Below are positions 1 through 14,000 of a stretch of 64,000 bases of DNA, one piece after another (position 1 is the first letter of the stretch; every line of letters begins with the position of its first letter). The stretch is from NCBI GenBank assembly GCA_963924565.1, contig OZ004609.1:25420001-25484000 (forward strand), in the 5' to 3' direction. Below the pieces are notes generated by a model, which searched no databases, had not been told where the DNA came from, and worked only from the letters and a program-made list of their open reading frames with translations. Made by a program: the position numbers and the translations under genes. This DNA is from Ascidiella aspersa (taxonomy: Eukaryota).

Positions 1-3000
1 ACCGCATAGATATAAGTTTATACACGTGAAACACGCACATATTTAGATTAACTTTGTTTAACTTATATTTTTTGCTGAATTCAGTGGAACAAAAAAAATA
101 ATTATGACGAGCAGATATGATGTTCTCAGTTTCAGAGGCGTAGTTTGTTTAAAAAAAATGACAGACATTGTAATGGAGCTAACGAGACTTTTTGTTGGGC
201 AGTAAATCTTTACTGCCACCTAGCGGAAAATAGTTGTACTTTTAATAATTGCTACTCTGTGCTGCCAAGTAGGCTACTTCAAGACAATCATGATACCACG
301 ACGAATTAAATTTATTGTCAGTGAACCATTTTTTTTTTTTTCAAAAGCTATAATTGCCAATTACGCCTAAGCGTCCGTCTTTTAAAACAGAAAAATGTTT
401 AATTTAAGACTACAATGGCACTGCGGAAATGATTCAACGAAATCAAAAACACCACAATAATGTAACGTATCTTACAAAAGCAGGGGTATACAAACCCGTT
501 CAGTGTCTATTGATCGTTTTAATTGTTAAGTGAAATTTCACCTCCGCAGAAATTTAACACGTGGTGGTTTTCGTGTAATAAACGGAACAAAATCGCTAGA
601 GCTTGAGATGCAGTACAATAAAAGACTTGTTTTAAGCTTTTAATATTACGAATAATCTTTTTCTCCATTTTTCTTTCATTAGTGGGCTCGTTTTGTTTTC
701 TTAAAATGACGAAAAATCAATTTATTGCGCGTACAAACTAATATGATTAAATTGTAGGGGCTTGCAGAACCTGTCTAATAATTTATTGTAAAACTCAATA
801 AGAAGAATGTGCTTCCAGGCCATGACTAGTTATTATGTAATCCCTGAAAATTTCCTCACGTAAACAGTTTAAAAAACAATACATTAAATAATTTACAGTT
901 ATAGTTGACAGTTTCAAACCTAACCTACTAATTTTTTAGCCTGGATTGCTCTTTTCATACTTATTTTGCTCTTTTTCATACGGCTCGTGTTGTTTTTACC
1001 AGCACGTTTAAGTGATGTATTATTGTGATGTGGGGCCATCTTTCAGCCAAGGATCCCTCAAAAAGAAAACCAATAAAGTAGTCCCGCCCACGCAAGTGAT
1101 TTACATTCCGCGCTATGGGTGAGTTGCTTCCTATTTATCAGGGGGTTGCTTTCGCTGTCTCTGACTCACTTGAAACAGTATCTCCTTGGTTGAAAGTCAA
1201 AAGAATTCGAACGGGAGGCGAGTTTGCGCTACGAATCAAAGCGACCTTCGTGTTTACAAAAGCCTATTATAAATTTCTAAAGTGTTTGTGCATTTTTTAA
1301 TACTGGAAAATTGTACAGCAGCGTTACCTAATCTCGCCCTTATTTGATGCTGCTGTGCCGTATACTCTGATTCGCTGGCGTTTGTTGTCTGACGGAAGGT
1401 CTCGCGTATAGCCAAGATCCACGCGACCACACACTCTTCAGAACGGCTAAAGGCGGTACTTTTGACTAACGAAGTGCTAAAACGTCAAAATGCGACCGCT
1501 TAAATCTCGGGCAAACAAGCCCTAATAGAACTAATGATGTGGAATATGCGCATCGAATTTCCGCGAAACGCTTGCAACATAAAAGGGCGTGCGGGAACAT
1601 TAAAGGTCAGATTTAACGAGCTGAAATTGCATACATGCACGAAATGAAGTGACATATAAGTTCTATAAACCGGCAGGATGTAGCAATACACATAGAAAAA
1701 CGACGTCAGACTAATATGGGCTTGAGTTATCTTGTTACGTCTATCTCGTATCCATGTCCATAACTCATCTAAATGGTTGTATGTAGTTCGAAGATAAAAA
1801 ACATCTGCTACGTGAAACGTTGCGTAAAACTGAATTTGACTTGACAGGGAATGTTTTCGAACGATCTGTAGGCGCTTTTAAAATGCGGCAAGACGGGAAG
1901 GATTTTACGAACTTCCGTTCGCGTTTGTCACGTCTGCGCAGTGCTTATATAGTCCAGTAGCACCAGGCTTTGCGAGTAACGGGTGTATGCGCCATGCACA
2001 AAACACAAACAAGTGGAAATGTTTTAAATAGACGGGCTGGAAACCAAATACAGTTTTATTTACACAGCGCACAACTTAATTACGTCAAAATATAGGTTTA
2101 AATCAGACAAACGAACTGCCGATTATTATGCGTAAGGTTTTAAAGTAGACTGTCGTTGGTCGCAATTTTATCAACTGTAGAAGCACACTTATTTAATAAA
2201 ACCTTTCGACGAAAACAGTTTTCGCTATAGGGTTGATAAATTAATTTTGTAAGGAGAACGACTGTTTCTTATCACTTGGTTGTGATTCCTTCCGATTAGT
2301 TGCGCCCACGACCAAGTAATTATGAATCATTGTGCTGTCACCGATTCGGCTCAATTTGGCAGCGTTTTAAACGAAACAGTCCCACACAATGTCACGTATC
2401 CTGAGTCTTGAGTGTAGACGCCGTATAAAGGCCGCGACCGTTAACACCACAAAATAAAGGAACTCAAAGTAGTCCTGACGGGCGTTAATCGATCTGCCGG
2501 TTTAGCTTTACTGTGTTTGTCGTTAGTCGCACGCGGGCAATAATAGATTTGCATTCGATTTGTGGTTCCGGGAAAATCAGCTGCTTTCGCGTTATTTTCC
2601 TTCATGATATTAACGCGAGCCAATTTGATCCATCAGCTTCGGATTAGACGCGCTATTGGCAGCGTGCCAGCGACGCCAAAGCTATATGTGCAGTGCGTTC
2701 ATCACAGCAGATCATAACCGTCCGTTGAACAATAGGGAGAGCGCGGACTTTCTTCGTAATCGAACGACGTGGACCGAAAGAATTCTTGCAAAGGCTGCTT
2801 AATGTATTTTCATAGTTGCACCAACATGGTTTCATGGTTGCAGTTAGTAACGCTTAAGAGACAGAACTATGTTTGAACGTAGAACGACTTGAACAAAAGC
2901 TCCTCATTTAGACAGTTTCGTGCCCTTTGCATACAATAAACAAATTGGGACTGGGATTGTGTCGCAGAGATGATTCTTTAGGTTTAGCAAGTGTAAGGAT

Positions 3001-3947
3001 TTTTGAAATGTTAGGACTGAGATTCGGGTATTATAAAGATCGAAAACAACTACGGTCTGCTAGAAGTGAATATTACCGACAGAATTGAAATCATAACAGC
3101 TATAGAGTTGTGCCGCGGGTTTGACTAACTGACCGACGGCAGGTTGTAATCTATATCTGATCTAACTTTAATTTAACTTTCAATAATTTTTGGCACTTGG
3201 TTCTGCTAAAAAACACGACGAAGTCGTCGGGTCGCAAAACTAGCTGGTCCTGTTGGTCAATTAAAGTGTATTAAGTGAAAAGCTTTCCTGCATTTTTGAC
3301 TAAAAAGTAGACGTGTGTCTATAAAAAAAGCCGACAACTTTCGGCCTAAAGTTGGTCTGTGAAAGGATATGTTTTATTACACGGTACAGGCTTAGTGGCG
3401 CAACTTTATGTCGGATAAGGGCGAATGTCAGCAGCATATCTAAAAAAATATGGACCTTAACGATTGTTACAACGTACAATAATAAGTTTTAACTTTTTTA
3501 ATGTCAATCTTTATTATTTAGCACAGTGAATATGTTCCATTTTTTAGTGAATCCTATAAACTTAAATGCACTTCATAAATCCCAGTTCTTTTGCTCTTAT
3601 TAAGATATTTTTAGTCAAATCAAATATGAATTAAATTTGGATCATTAGCACAAAAGGCCACGCCCCTAAAAGCTGCAAATCAACCAAGCTTATTTTAAAT
3701 AACGCTCGTCAAACTTTACACAGAATGCAATTAACGCAGCAGACTCGTACAGCAATTAAGCTTAACGAGGCCTATGTTATATAAGTTAGCGCGGCGCATG
3801 CGTTTGAGGCGATTAGTGGCCAGATTCGATGTTTTCGTGCTTAATTGACTCGACCCATCGGGCGTTGATCGCTTCCGTGCTAGCGCCGCAGCCGGAAAAG
3901 GCCCAGTGCCAAATTTCGAGAACTAGACGAAGCGAGTTGTCTCGTAC

Positions 3948-5660
3948 CTTGCTGCGCGGAAGCCGTCCACCAAGGCGCAGTTGCAAGAAGGCAGGCTGGC
4001 TTTTCGCTGCTGCTGCTGCTCATACCGGCAATCATTATTTTTAGCCAGTTCGCTGCCGGTTGTTGCCGACTGTGGCGACTTGTTGTTTGCAAACGCCGGC
4101 ATTCCCACGTCGCTTTCGGATGGCGACAGGAATGGAGCTGTCGTCGCATGAGTCAGCCGAATTTGATTGAGTTCCAAGCTAATCGAGAGGTTTATGAGCA
4201 CCGGGCGACGCCGATCGGAACCAAAACGAATTTGTGAAGTCGCGCGCGCAGCGAATTTGTTGTTTCACGCCAAAAAAACGTGCGAAAATGCGGTTGCAGG
4301 TGTCGGCCTCCACGTGCAAAGTGATGTCAAGATATTTGAAAATTGCAAAGAAGGCTTGAGGCGTAATAGCATTATTTACAACCGAGACTAAAGCTGGCTA
4401 AGATCGATGCTCGGCAACTGGTATTGGTCTTAACAACTGTGAGGCTGTGCGCGGAGTAGAGGCGGTAAATATTATGAGAGGGCAAACTCGCGAGGCATCA
4501 GAAAAGTAACCGCCCAGTCTTCAATCTTCGCAGAACGCAACAGCGTCTTGCCTTTTGCAAGTTAACACGGTAGATGTTAAATTAAAGTGAGATCAGCTAT
4601 GATACCGATGGTGCAACTGTATTAGTCGTTCAGGCTACACTCTAGGAACCTTTGTGAACTTTATAGCAAGCAACATATGTTGTTGGTGTCTTCTTAATCT
4701 AGGTTGTAATGTAACTTACCTTTCAAAATAAACATGTTATGCGGTCAAAAGGTGATAAGAATTGGCCAGAAAGTACGAATTTGCTCCCCATAGACTAATT
4801 TCTTTGATGCTTAAGGCGTAGCTGTTATATTTTATACGCATCACAGATGTTAACCCTAATAAATCGTTTTTTACATAAACACTAAACCTATAACAATTTA
4901 AGTAGGGTAACCGATTCTTCGTATATCTTTTCGAAATCTGATTTGTTTAGTTTAAATGATTGCCATTAGATTCGATCGATTGCCTTTGTTACAAATAAGA
5001 TCAAATTTTAAAGCAAACAACGGGAACGTGATAGCTAAAGGAAGTCATGTGGCACAATTCGTGATAAGTTAGTTTAATTTTACGATTTTTACGATTTTAG
5101 TTCAACTGTTTCCCAAGAGTAGCTTTTAATGTAAAAACACTGTGACTGGGTTGCTAAAAAGTGCATTTTATGTCAATAAAAGCTAGGTATCGCATCCAGT
5201 AAAACGACTATTTTTTCCTTTATGCACTTTTTCCATAAAACAATGCAGCTAAGGTTTCCTATATCTAGGTTTTCTATAAAACAAAGAAATGATTCCTTAG
5301 TACTCAAACATGGAAAACCAAATTTTTTTTATGAGATAGTAAGTTGACAAAGCATGAGTTAAGATGCAAGAAACAGATTAAGGTGAAAGGTGAGCAGAGG
5401 TAAAGCCAAGGTCGAAATATTGTTTACCTGCGTCCTCGGCACGGCTCGGCTTTTGCGCGGCACCAACGTACACCATAGGCGTACGCAAGCGAACAGAACC
5501 GACGACTCGCGACCGCGGCAGCGCGTTCCACAGAACTACGCAAACTTCCCAACCGGGTTTTGGTCTTGCGCTCCTTGGTCCGGCCGAGGTAGCATCGGTC
5601 TGAGCTGTTTGACTGGATCGGCAAGGTGGTGAAGAGAAGATCGTGCTGCCACGGTTTGCG
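3948..5660 (-). other. Candidate alternative first exons of an unidentified minus-strand gene running off the left end
   Basis: CpG-rich blocks ending in minus-strand donors: ~5660-5428 (CAG|GTAAAC, with a TATA/CArG-like CTTATATGG at ~5685-5693) and ~4170-3948 (AAG|GTACGA). Further exon-like pieces near 1170-1263 and 1328-1480. No recognisable protein. Confidence 0.3.
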
Positions 5661-6259
5661 ACCTCGACCGCGACCGTGCCGGCTGCCATATAAGCGCGGG
5701 ACGCTGGTTTGGTTCGAGGAAATGAATGCGCTGCACGCGCTGCGTCGCCGCCAGAATCGATAGAGAAGCGGTAATTCCCAATGCGTCGGGGCAGGAATTT
5801 TGTCTTTGCGGTCGCGCTTTTTTCATTGCGCTCCTGGAAAAGAGGTTTTACCCGGAGGTTGAGATGCATTTTGATGCAGCGGGAGATCTAATCGACCCTA
5901 ATAAAGTCCGATCGCGCAGTAGTTTTACACATTGGTAGAGTGTACAGTTTGAGACAAACTATTTAATTGGGAAAAAATCAGGTTACGCGCTGTTTCTTCA
6001 GAGCTTATACGCTAACAAATACAATAAGCTGACTGACGTTTTTCTTAAATTTCAAAATTAATATAACGGCAAGCGGATTACTGTCAAGTCAACCAAATGA
6101 TTTATTATTTCAGCACTCAACAATGTAATCCAAATCGCAGCTGAGGCGTGTGTCACTAACTTGGCTAAAAGCCCATCGTCTTGTATGCTAGTTGTTTGAA
6201 GTTCAGCAGATTAAGTAGTGAGGTGCAGGAGTGGAAACGTCAGTCACCCGTCATTTCCC

Positions 6260-6360
6260 TGACGTCATTCTGTCGCAAGCTGCCACACACCGATAGCGAC
6301 GATTGCATTAACCAGATGTATATTGCTCTGCGTGATGTCAAGTAGATCGCTATATAATTA
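6260..6360 (+). promoter_or_regulatory. Putative promoter (CRE + TATA) of the small membrane-protein gene
   Basis: Perfect CRE TGACGTCA at 6260-6267, TATATAA at 6351, GTAAGT donor at 6541 and TTTTAG acceptor at ~6922 ahead of the ATG exon. Confidence 0.4.
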
Positions 6361-6973
6361 TAAGAAGTGGGCACTCTACGGCACATCGAGACAGCGATTC
6401 AGGGTTGCCATGTCCCTTGGGTAGAGAGCTGTTCAGTTGACGGTAACTTGTCGCGGAGTGTGTCGACAGATAAGTGGAATCGCGTTTCAGAGCCTTGCGG
6501 TATTAGACAAACTTTGTGAGTGACGCAAGGAAGTTTCGTTGTAAGTGTTAGCGAAATGTTTAAAGGCGTCTAGTGATGAAAGTTGCATACCAGGCAAATC
6601 AGCATGACATGTTGTGATATTAGCCTTTAGGCTGTAAATATTTTGCTAAACGGGGAGGGGCGGATGCGTGTTGAGTTTCTAAAAATATGCGGGAAACGTG
6701 ACAACCGGGCTACCCGTCCTTTCTATCTGCCCGCTACATCAGAACTTGTCAATGTTTTGTAAATTGATGCCATCGCATTTTAGTCTGTGTGCGGTGGACA
6801 CTTGTTGATGCAAACTGCATTGTGTAAGCGTGCAAATTGCATGTACCCTTAAAATGTACTAGTTTACTGACGGATTCCAAAACTAATGGCACGTTTTTTA
6901 TTATTTCTCTCTGCTAATTTTAGAGTAACAACATAGTCCCGGAAGTGTGAATTTGTTGTACTAAGAGTAAATC

Positions 6974-9644
6974 ATGCATGTTGTCCTGGAGCCACCAGCG
7001 CCGACCGAACGCAACGAAGAAAGCGAAACAAAAGCCGACAAATGGGACAGGGAAATAACTATGGGAAGTTTAAGTAAGTAAATTAGTTAACCTTTTTTAA
7101 AAAGTTAGTAGACGAAATGCTAGTTACAATACAACTACAAAAGTTGGCTACATGTTCTATCGCAATTCTTATATGTAATCCTTAGCCTTGCTACAAACAG
7201 AGTGATTTGACCTTAGTTCAGACTCTAATTAATAGTTCATCACTATTGGTTATTACGACTAAACGAGTAACTTGACGATTTTTATGTTTTATGTTTTTAA
7301 TATTGCATATTATACAATTCATAAACGCCTAGCAACTTAAATAGCACCAGTCTTCAAATTGGTAGGATTCAAATGGGCGTTTACATACTAATTAACATAC
7401 CATGCTTGATTTGTTTAATGAATATTTTATTGCTGGTTATAATTTTTAATCTTAGTTAAGAGCGAGTGATTGAAATTAATTTAGCTCTTGTACGTTTAGT
7501 CGAGAGTAAAATTCGGTGTGTGGCGATCATTCTTTGAGAAAAAAATCGCAATCGTGCTTTAATTGTTTTGACAACTCGACGACTGCTTCCGCAATTCAAA
7601 ACACGTCCCTGATTCGCTTTGGTATGTTTTGCTGCCGCCCCGATATAGCCCGCGTGCCCATTTCGACGGTGGAACAGCAATCGGCCACTTGACACAGTTT
7701 CACTAATTGTCGCGCCACTTCTGTTAAGCAATGCGCCTGAATAGGCGTGAGATACGAAACATTTGGGTAAGCGCAAGCAGGTCGCTGCAGTCTGCACTGC
7801 TGATTTCAAGATTGGCGCTACACACAGCGACGTCGGTCAAGAATGTGCCCGCAGCGAACGCTTGCAATAAACCTGATAAACCAGCCGGTGTACAACGGGT
7901 CGACTTTAAACAATTAGGGTTTAGGATGTTCGTTTTGGGAGGGGTAATGATAAAACTAGTAAACATTCGTCAGACTATTAAGGAGTTCAATGCTTTATTT
8001 TAAAGTTACGAAAGAAATATCAGTGGGATAATAAAATTGCGTTGACGTTCAATTAATAAAAAACTGATAACTCAAACTTGCAAGTACACACATCAGCCGT
8101 CGTTGGTCTCGCCACATAATTATTTCTATTGCATATTTAAGAGGTTTTTCAAGAATGCTATAAACCAGGGGTTCCCAACCTCTTTTACACCGTGCCCCCC
8201 TTTGAAAATATTGAGAAAGCAATGGCCCCCTTATTTTAAAATCTATTTAATAAATCTAAAAAGTAAAACAAAGAAAGTAAACTCAAGATCAAGAAGTTAC
8301 TTATTGCTGTACTTTGATTGTTCTTAAATTTACATTTATTTTCTTTTGTTATAGTGGAGTAGACCTAGAGATGAAAAGTTAAAATATAAAAAAAGACTTA
8401 AATTTATACATTTACTTTGCAGTGTTTTACGCGTGCGTTGTCCTCGTTGGTCTCATCCTCATCTACCTTGTGATCGTCTGCGTCAGAAGAATGCTGGCCA
8501 CTACGCCGCACCCCAGAGTCGTCGTCGAAATAAAGAAGTTCAGAATCAGGCAAGCTATACCGTTTGTTGCGGCTGATATTACCCATTTGGTTTTTCGCGG
8601 TCGATTTGGCAGATTCACTTGACTAGCCACCTATTGTTTACGGATCGTTCGTGGAACACAACATTTTATCCCACATAAATGCAGTTTGCAAACAAGTCAT
8701 TTGTAAAATAACTCAAGTCCAAGTCAAGTCTTTTTGATAAAATAAAAAGTTAAGTCCCAGTCAATTCATTATTAGAGCAAGTCAATTCCATGTCAAGTCC
8801 ATGTCATAAAAATCAAACGCTAAACTCATAAAATTGGTAAACTCGTTCGACTATAAGCAATAACTTAACTTAAAAACACCAAAAACGTTATATGTAGCAA
8901 GCAAATTGTTTTAAGTGCTAAAATTGAGGTAAGTAACCCAATTTATGAAAAAGCTTAACGATTCATTGACTTAAGCCATTCCAACACTACAAGATGCTAC
9001 AAAAACGTAAACAGCTTTTTCGCAGTTAACACGTAGTTAAAAATCGTAGTCGCTATTTCAAATGTTTGGTATGCTACACAAGTAGAACATAATATGGTTA
9101 CCCTTACCCGAAAATGCTCGCCGCACCATGGATATAATAATGGGCCCAGACTTGTACCACCTTCCACCCGTCCAGTTTTTCTCAACCCTTGAGTGGCGAG
9201 CCAAAAATTTACCACGGTCTGATATCGTATATTTGTCACGTGGTCTGCAAACAGCAGGGGTGCCTATCGAAATAAGCGCTGTGTCAAATCAACATGGGTC
9301 GATTTATGTGGGTCTGTACTTGGTAATATTTAAACATATTTTCGGGTGTGGCACCGTTGACGACGACCCTTAAGATCAACACATAATAAAAATGAAGCAT
9401 GACTTATGTCGCCTCTCTACGCGAAAACTATTAAATTGATTTTGCAAAACCGCTAGTTTTGTTTAGTGTTTATCGGGAACCTTGTGCCACCGAAAGATGG
9501 CAATAATAATAAAAATAATCGGTTGTTTTGATATGATCCAGATTACAATCCAAAGACAAGCATTCATCGGAGTCCCTGATTATTTCGAATCAAAAGTGCG
9601 ACCACAGAACCGACGACGACGTTATTCTCAAAGTTCCCGCCTAA
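6974..9644 (+). CDS. Small single-pass transmembrane protein of unknown family (~99-109 aa)
   Basis: Exon 6974-7073 (MHVVLEPPAP...ITMGSL, phase-1 GTAAGT) joins in frame to 8423 (TTTGCAG acceptor; MFYACVVLVGLILIYLVIVCVRR = TM helix plus basic stop-transfer). It either reads to TGA at 8622 or uses AG|GCAAGC at 8550 to reach exon 9542-9644 (LQSKDKH...DDDVILKVPA*). Confidence 0.65.
8690..8810. repeat. Cluster of CAAGTC-type short repeats, probably a degenerate transposon end
   Basis: Multiple CAAGTC/AAGTCA copies in ~120 bp. Confidence 0.45.
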
Positions 9645-11073
9645 AACACTCTTTTCGATTCTTTACCGATTTTACTATATACGTGCATTTGTTTTCTTTT
9701 TTTTGCAATTTTTATAATTAAATCAAAACAAAGTTTTCTAACGACTTCGTCTAAATGTCCCAATGCGAAAAGCTATAGAATGTGTTTTGTATGAATGCCG
9801 CGAAATTTGTACAAATATAGGAAAGGGCACGGCGACACGTTTTTCCAACCCAGTTGTCAAATATTAAAGGACAGGTCAGACCAAGTGAAAATATTGCCCA
9901 GTATAAAAGAGTATGTGACCGTTTGTGCAACCCTGCGTCAAATCAGTTTTAGATAAAAGACAGGAAATTTATTTAATAATAGTTGTGGAGGGTATAGTCA
10001 GTATAGCATCTGCACCTTAAACTATAATCTCGCATAATGTTTGAGCCTTTAATGATTACTTCTTTTAAATTTAGTTTAGTTATAAATGCTCTTTTAATGA
10101 TAAATTATGTCCGTTTTTCCTGTAAGACTTCGTATTAACATTTATAGTTAGGTAAAATTGGAGCCACACAAAAATAAAACTCTGCAATTTGTGACAATAG
10201 TGTTTTTCTGTGCACCGAAAGAGACGCGCCTTCGCTGTAATTATAGTTTTTAAAGCTTGCTTTTGTCAAAATCACTGCGACAACGAACTAGAAACAGTTT
10301 CACCTATTTCTTTTGTTCAAGCAAAATTAACTGTTATTCCAAATCCGTTGGAACCTAAGAGGCAAGTGACAATACTGCGCAATGTATTTAGCAATAATTA
10401 CTTTAGCGCCAAACAAACATAGATATGCTCCTGTGCAAAGGTTGGATGGGGCGTCATAAAAGCAGGCGCCCGTTGGTTTGCCAAGTTCGCCTTAAACCGG
10501 TGAACGCCTGCTAAGTACATACGACATAGGACGATGGTTAAGAAAATCCAGGCTGGGATTCCATTTATTTAGCGCTGGTGGGAGAAAAGAAGTCAATATA
10601 AGAAGCGAAGGAAATCGTTTACATTCGAGCAGAATTAAGTGTATGGGTTTTGGAACGAGCATAACATTCTCGTTTAACTCCTTACAAAATAAGATATAAG
10701 TTAGTTATGTAGGACATTTAGACCAGCCATAAAGCCTAAAATCAAGTATAAATGTTTTTAGGCAAAATGTTACGATAACTTTAGGATTGTTGGCTGACAT
10801 TATTTATTTGGCTGACATTATTTATTTTCACATTCAAAGATTTTTTTATATTTGTTGACTATATCAGCTAAAAATCGTATCGATTAATTTGACGCATGTT
10901 TAACCGTCACTTCAGAACCGTATAATATGGTTTGACGGTCACTAAAAATAGTATAAGCGTATACGTCTTGGACACCTTGTTGAAGTCGGTCGCTTATATT
11001 ATTTCTTTTTTATTTGCAGGTTTTTTTTATTTTTAAAACTCTTAATTATTGTCAGTCACCTTCGGAAGTGAAA

Positions 11074-14000
11074 ATGTTGAAGTTGCTCTCTCTTATGTTC
11101 TTCGTGTGCGGAGGTAAATTAGATTGTTTTTTGATGCAAAGGTGTGTCAATAATAAATGCTGATTAATGCTGACATCACGCCCGGCAAAAATGTTGACTA
11201 GCGATTAACGGTCAAGAACGCAGCTAATCGCTATCGTAGCCGAAGGTCAACACGTTCTTATTATAGGCAGTTCCTTGAAACTGATAAGTCATGCATTAGT
11301 TAAGCTGTTCGTCAAGTCTAAAGTTTGGTAACATTTCGGTTCGAAAACTAGGTTTATCCCGTCTAATTAAAATGTATAAATAAACCCTATGGAAATATTT
11401 CACAAACGATCGGTATAATTAACCATACGGCGATGCAAGGCGCGAAGGCCTTTAAAGGTGTTGTATGGACGAATAGGTTAACAGGCGGGTCAAGGGAAGC
11501 GCTCGGCATATTTCCTCAATGAATATAATTCAAAACTAAATTTCGATGACATTTCAAACCTTACGACAATTTATTAAGGCTCGCATATAGTTATTTATAT
11601 TTTTTTCGTTTAACGATAAAGTTCGACCTAAGTTTATAAAGTTCGGCAAAATGTTTATATCCGGTCCGCGATCGTAAATCCTAACAGTTATCCGGCCCAC
11701 GATGGTCAGGCCTTACAGTTATCTGGCCCGTTATGAAAAAGTTTGGTGATCCCTGGTCTAGACAAACAGTCGGATTGAAACTATAGTAACTGAAATAGCA
11801 AATGTTGTTTGTCAAGGTTTGGCACTAAGCTGCCATAATTACGAGGCAAATTCTCTTGATGGGTTTCCGGACACAGCAAGTACGTCGGTGCAAGACTGCG
11901 CGTCAGGATATGATTTTTGTGCCACTCTGGCCTGGACATCCACCCTTACATCGTCAGGTAGGGTATTCTAATTGGAACCGTCAACCACTAAGGGCACTGG
12001 GAAACCCCGAAAGTATGCTATCACGATATGTTATTAATCACGATGACATTACTTGTTTGTTGTAGATGAATTCTTGTTTTAGGTCGAAGATTGCCAAAAC
12101 CTAATTATCTTTACGGGGAAAAGTTTGTTGATTGATTACGCTGAATGCTTTGCGTTGATTGACAATTTTACGTTTTATTTACTTAAAATTTTTACGCAGC
12201 TCTGGCCCAATCGTTAGATTTGTGTCCAAGTGAACCCGCCATTTTTGAACACGTCAATTTGTTACAAATAAGCTTACACATCATGTTAGTGTTGTTAATG
12301 TAAAGACTTAAATTTCTTTACCAGAAAATGCTCAAACGTCTCTGCCTTAACAAGGTTTTGTTACGCATTTAAAGTCAGTTAAGTCGTTACGCCACCCAGC
12401 ATAAATAGAAAACACGCAGAGAGCTAAAAAGGCAAATAATTTTGATTGAACCGACGCGCGAAATATCTTGATAACGAGTGCCTTGCACTAATAGGCGCCT
12501 GTTTCTCACTCAAATAAATCTTTTAAAAAATAATAAATAAAATTAACAGTTAGTTGAATAACTTTGCAGGATCTTTAACAGCGAAAGGGATTTTTACCGA
12601 ATGCTTACAGTATTATTTTTTTGTAAAAAGAAATCGTTAACCTTAAGCATCGAAGGTAGGCTAATCGCGCTTAATAGAATACGTCACAGTCGTCACACAT
12701 ATTCTGCCAAACAAAAATCGCCGCCAAAAGACGTTGAACGACATTTCCCGAGCGCAGCCGATCTTGATAAAAGTTAATTCGCGTGCGGTCGCGCAGCTTA
12801 CTTGGCATCGCGCGGCCTAATCTCCAAGCGCCGAACCAAAAAATGCCTAATCATGGTTGACGCCCGGCGGGCTCCTATCTGCGCCGACATCTTTCTGCGA
12901 ATAACTGTGACTGCTTCGGGGCAGGTCATCTTGATTTAATGTTGATTTAAAAAATACGCCGGCGCTTTTTTGGTTGCATGTGAAAGGTCCCGTCCCTGGT
13001 CGCCGGAAAAAACATCACGATTTTATCACCGAAACATTCCTTTTTTCGGTGTCACGTAATTACGCCGCCTGTTTGCACGTTGAAAGCTTTTTTCCCGGTA
13101 AAGATGCACCGCCCACGTTTGTGATCCAATAACGTGGGTTGTTTGTTGTGGTTCGTATCTTAGGTCGAATTTCGCCATTTTGGATCAGTGTGGGCGCACG
13201 TGCGCTCGTTTTATAGAATAGGAAAACACCCCCAAAAAATATTTCGAATGTGTGCAGTTATCGGCCAGATGCTTCTTCACAATTAGTTGTTTTGCAAAAA
13301 TAAAAAAAAATCACAAAAAAACGAAAATGTATTTTTTTCGCGCGAGATCAATCTTGGTCCACGCTACACAAGGCTGTACGAGTATACGTCTTCCGCAAAT
13401 CTACTTAATGTACACAAAGTCGATCTTACAATCGCCCAGTAATCCGATTTCGCTAAAATTATTTGTCGACAAGATACTATGTTTACGTCGAGCAGTAGTA
13501 TAGGTTGAACTACAAGCGCTGAGTTGCTATTGGCTGTTTTTGATACGCATTTGTTTTGCAGATTAAAATTGCCAGCGCATTATAAAATTGGAGAACCTGT
13601 TTCTCATGTATCATTTCTGCGGACATGATGTTCTACAATAAAGCTGCAAAATCGGTTAACCCTTTTTTTTATAAGAAAACCTGCATAAAAAGTTAACCAA
13701 ATCCGAAATTTGCGTATTTTTGATTCAACTTAAACATTTAACTGGGAAAATGTTTAGCCATTTAATCAACAAAATGTCTTGATAGCAGTAATCCTGTAGT
13801 GAATAAAATTAGGCTGAGGCCACCAACAAACATTTTTCTTGGATTTATTTTAATTTTGGTGTTTTACAAATTACAGTTTGATTTTCAACCGTTGTTTAAT
13901 TTGTGGTCTCAATTCGGCTCGTCAGCCCTGTTTAAAACGCAAACCTGTTTTCAAATAAAAACTGTATAAAAACACATATTATTTTGTTTTTGAAGATATA

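Noticed and set aside
5378-5869. 163-aa minus-strand ORF
   Set aside because: Runs through a putative TATA box and a donor site; likely a by-product of GC-rich promoter DNA.
10789-10824. Short perfect duplications (18 bp x2 here; ~21 bp x2 at 22201-22239)
   Set aside because: Ordinary slippage duplications with no functional evidence.
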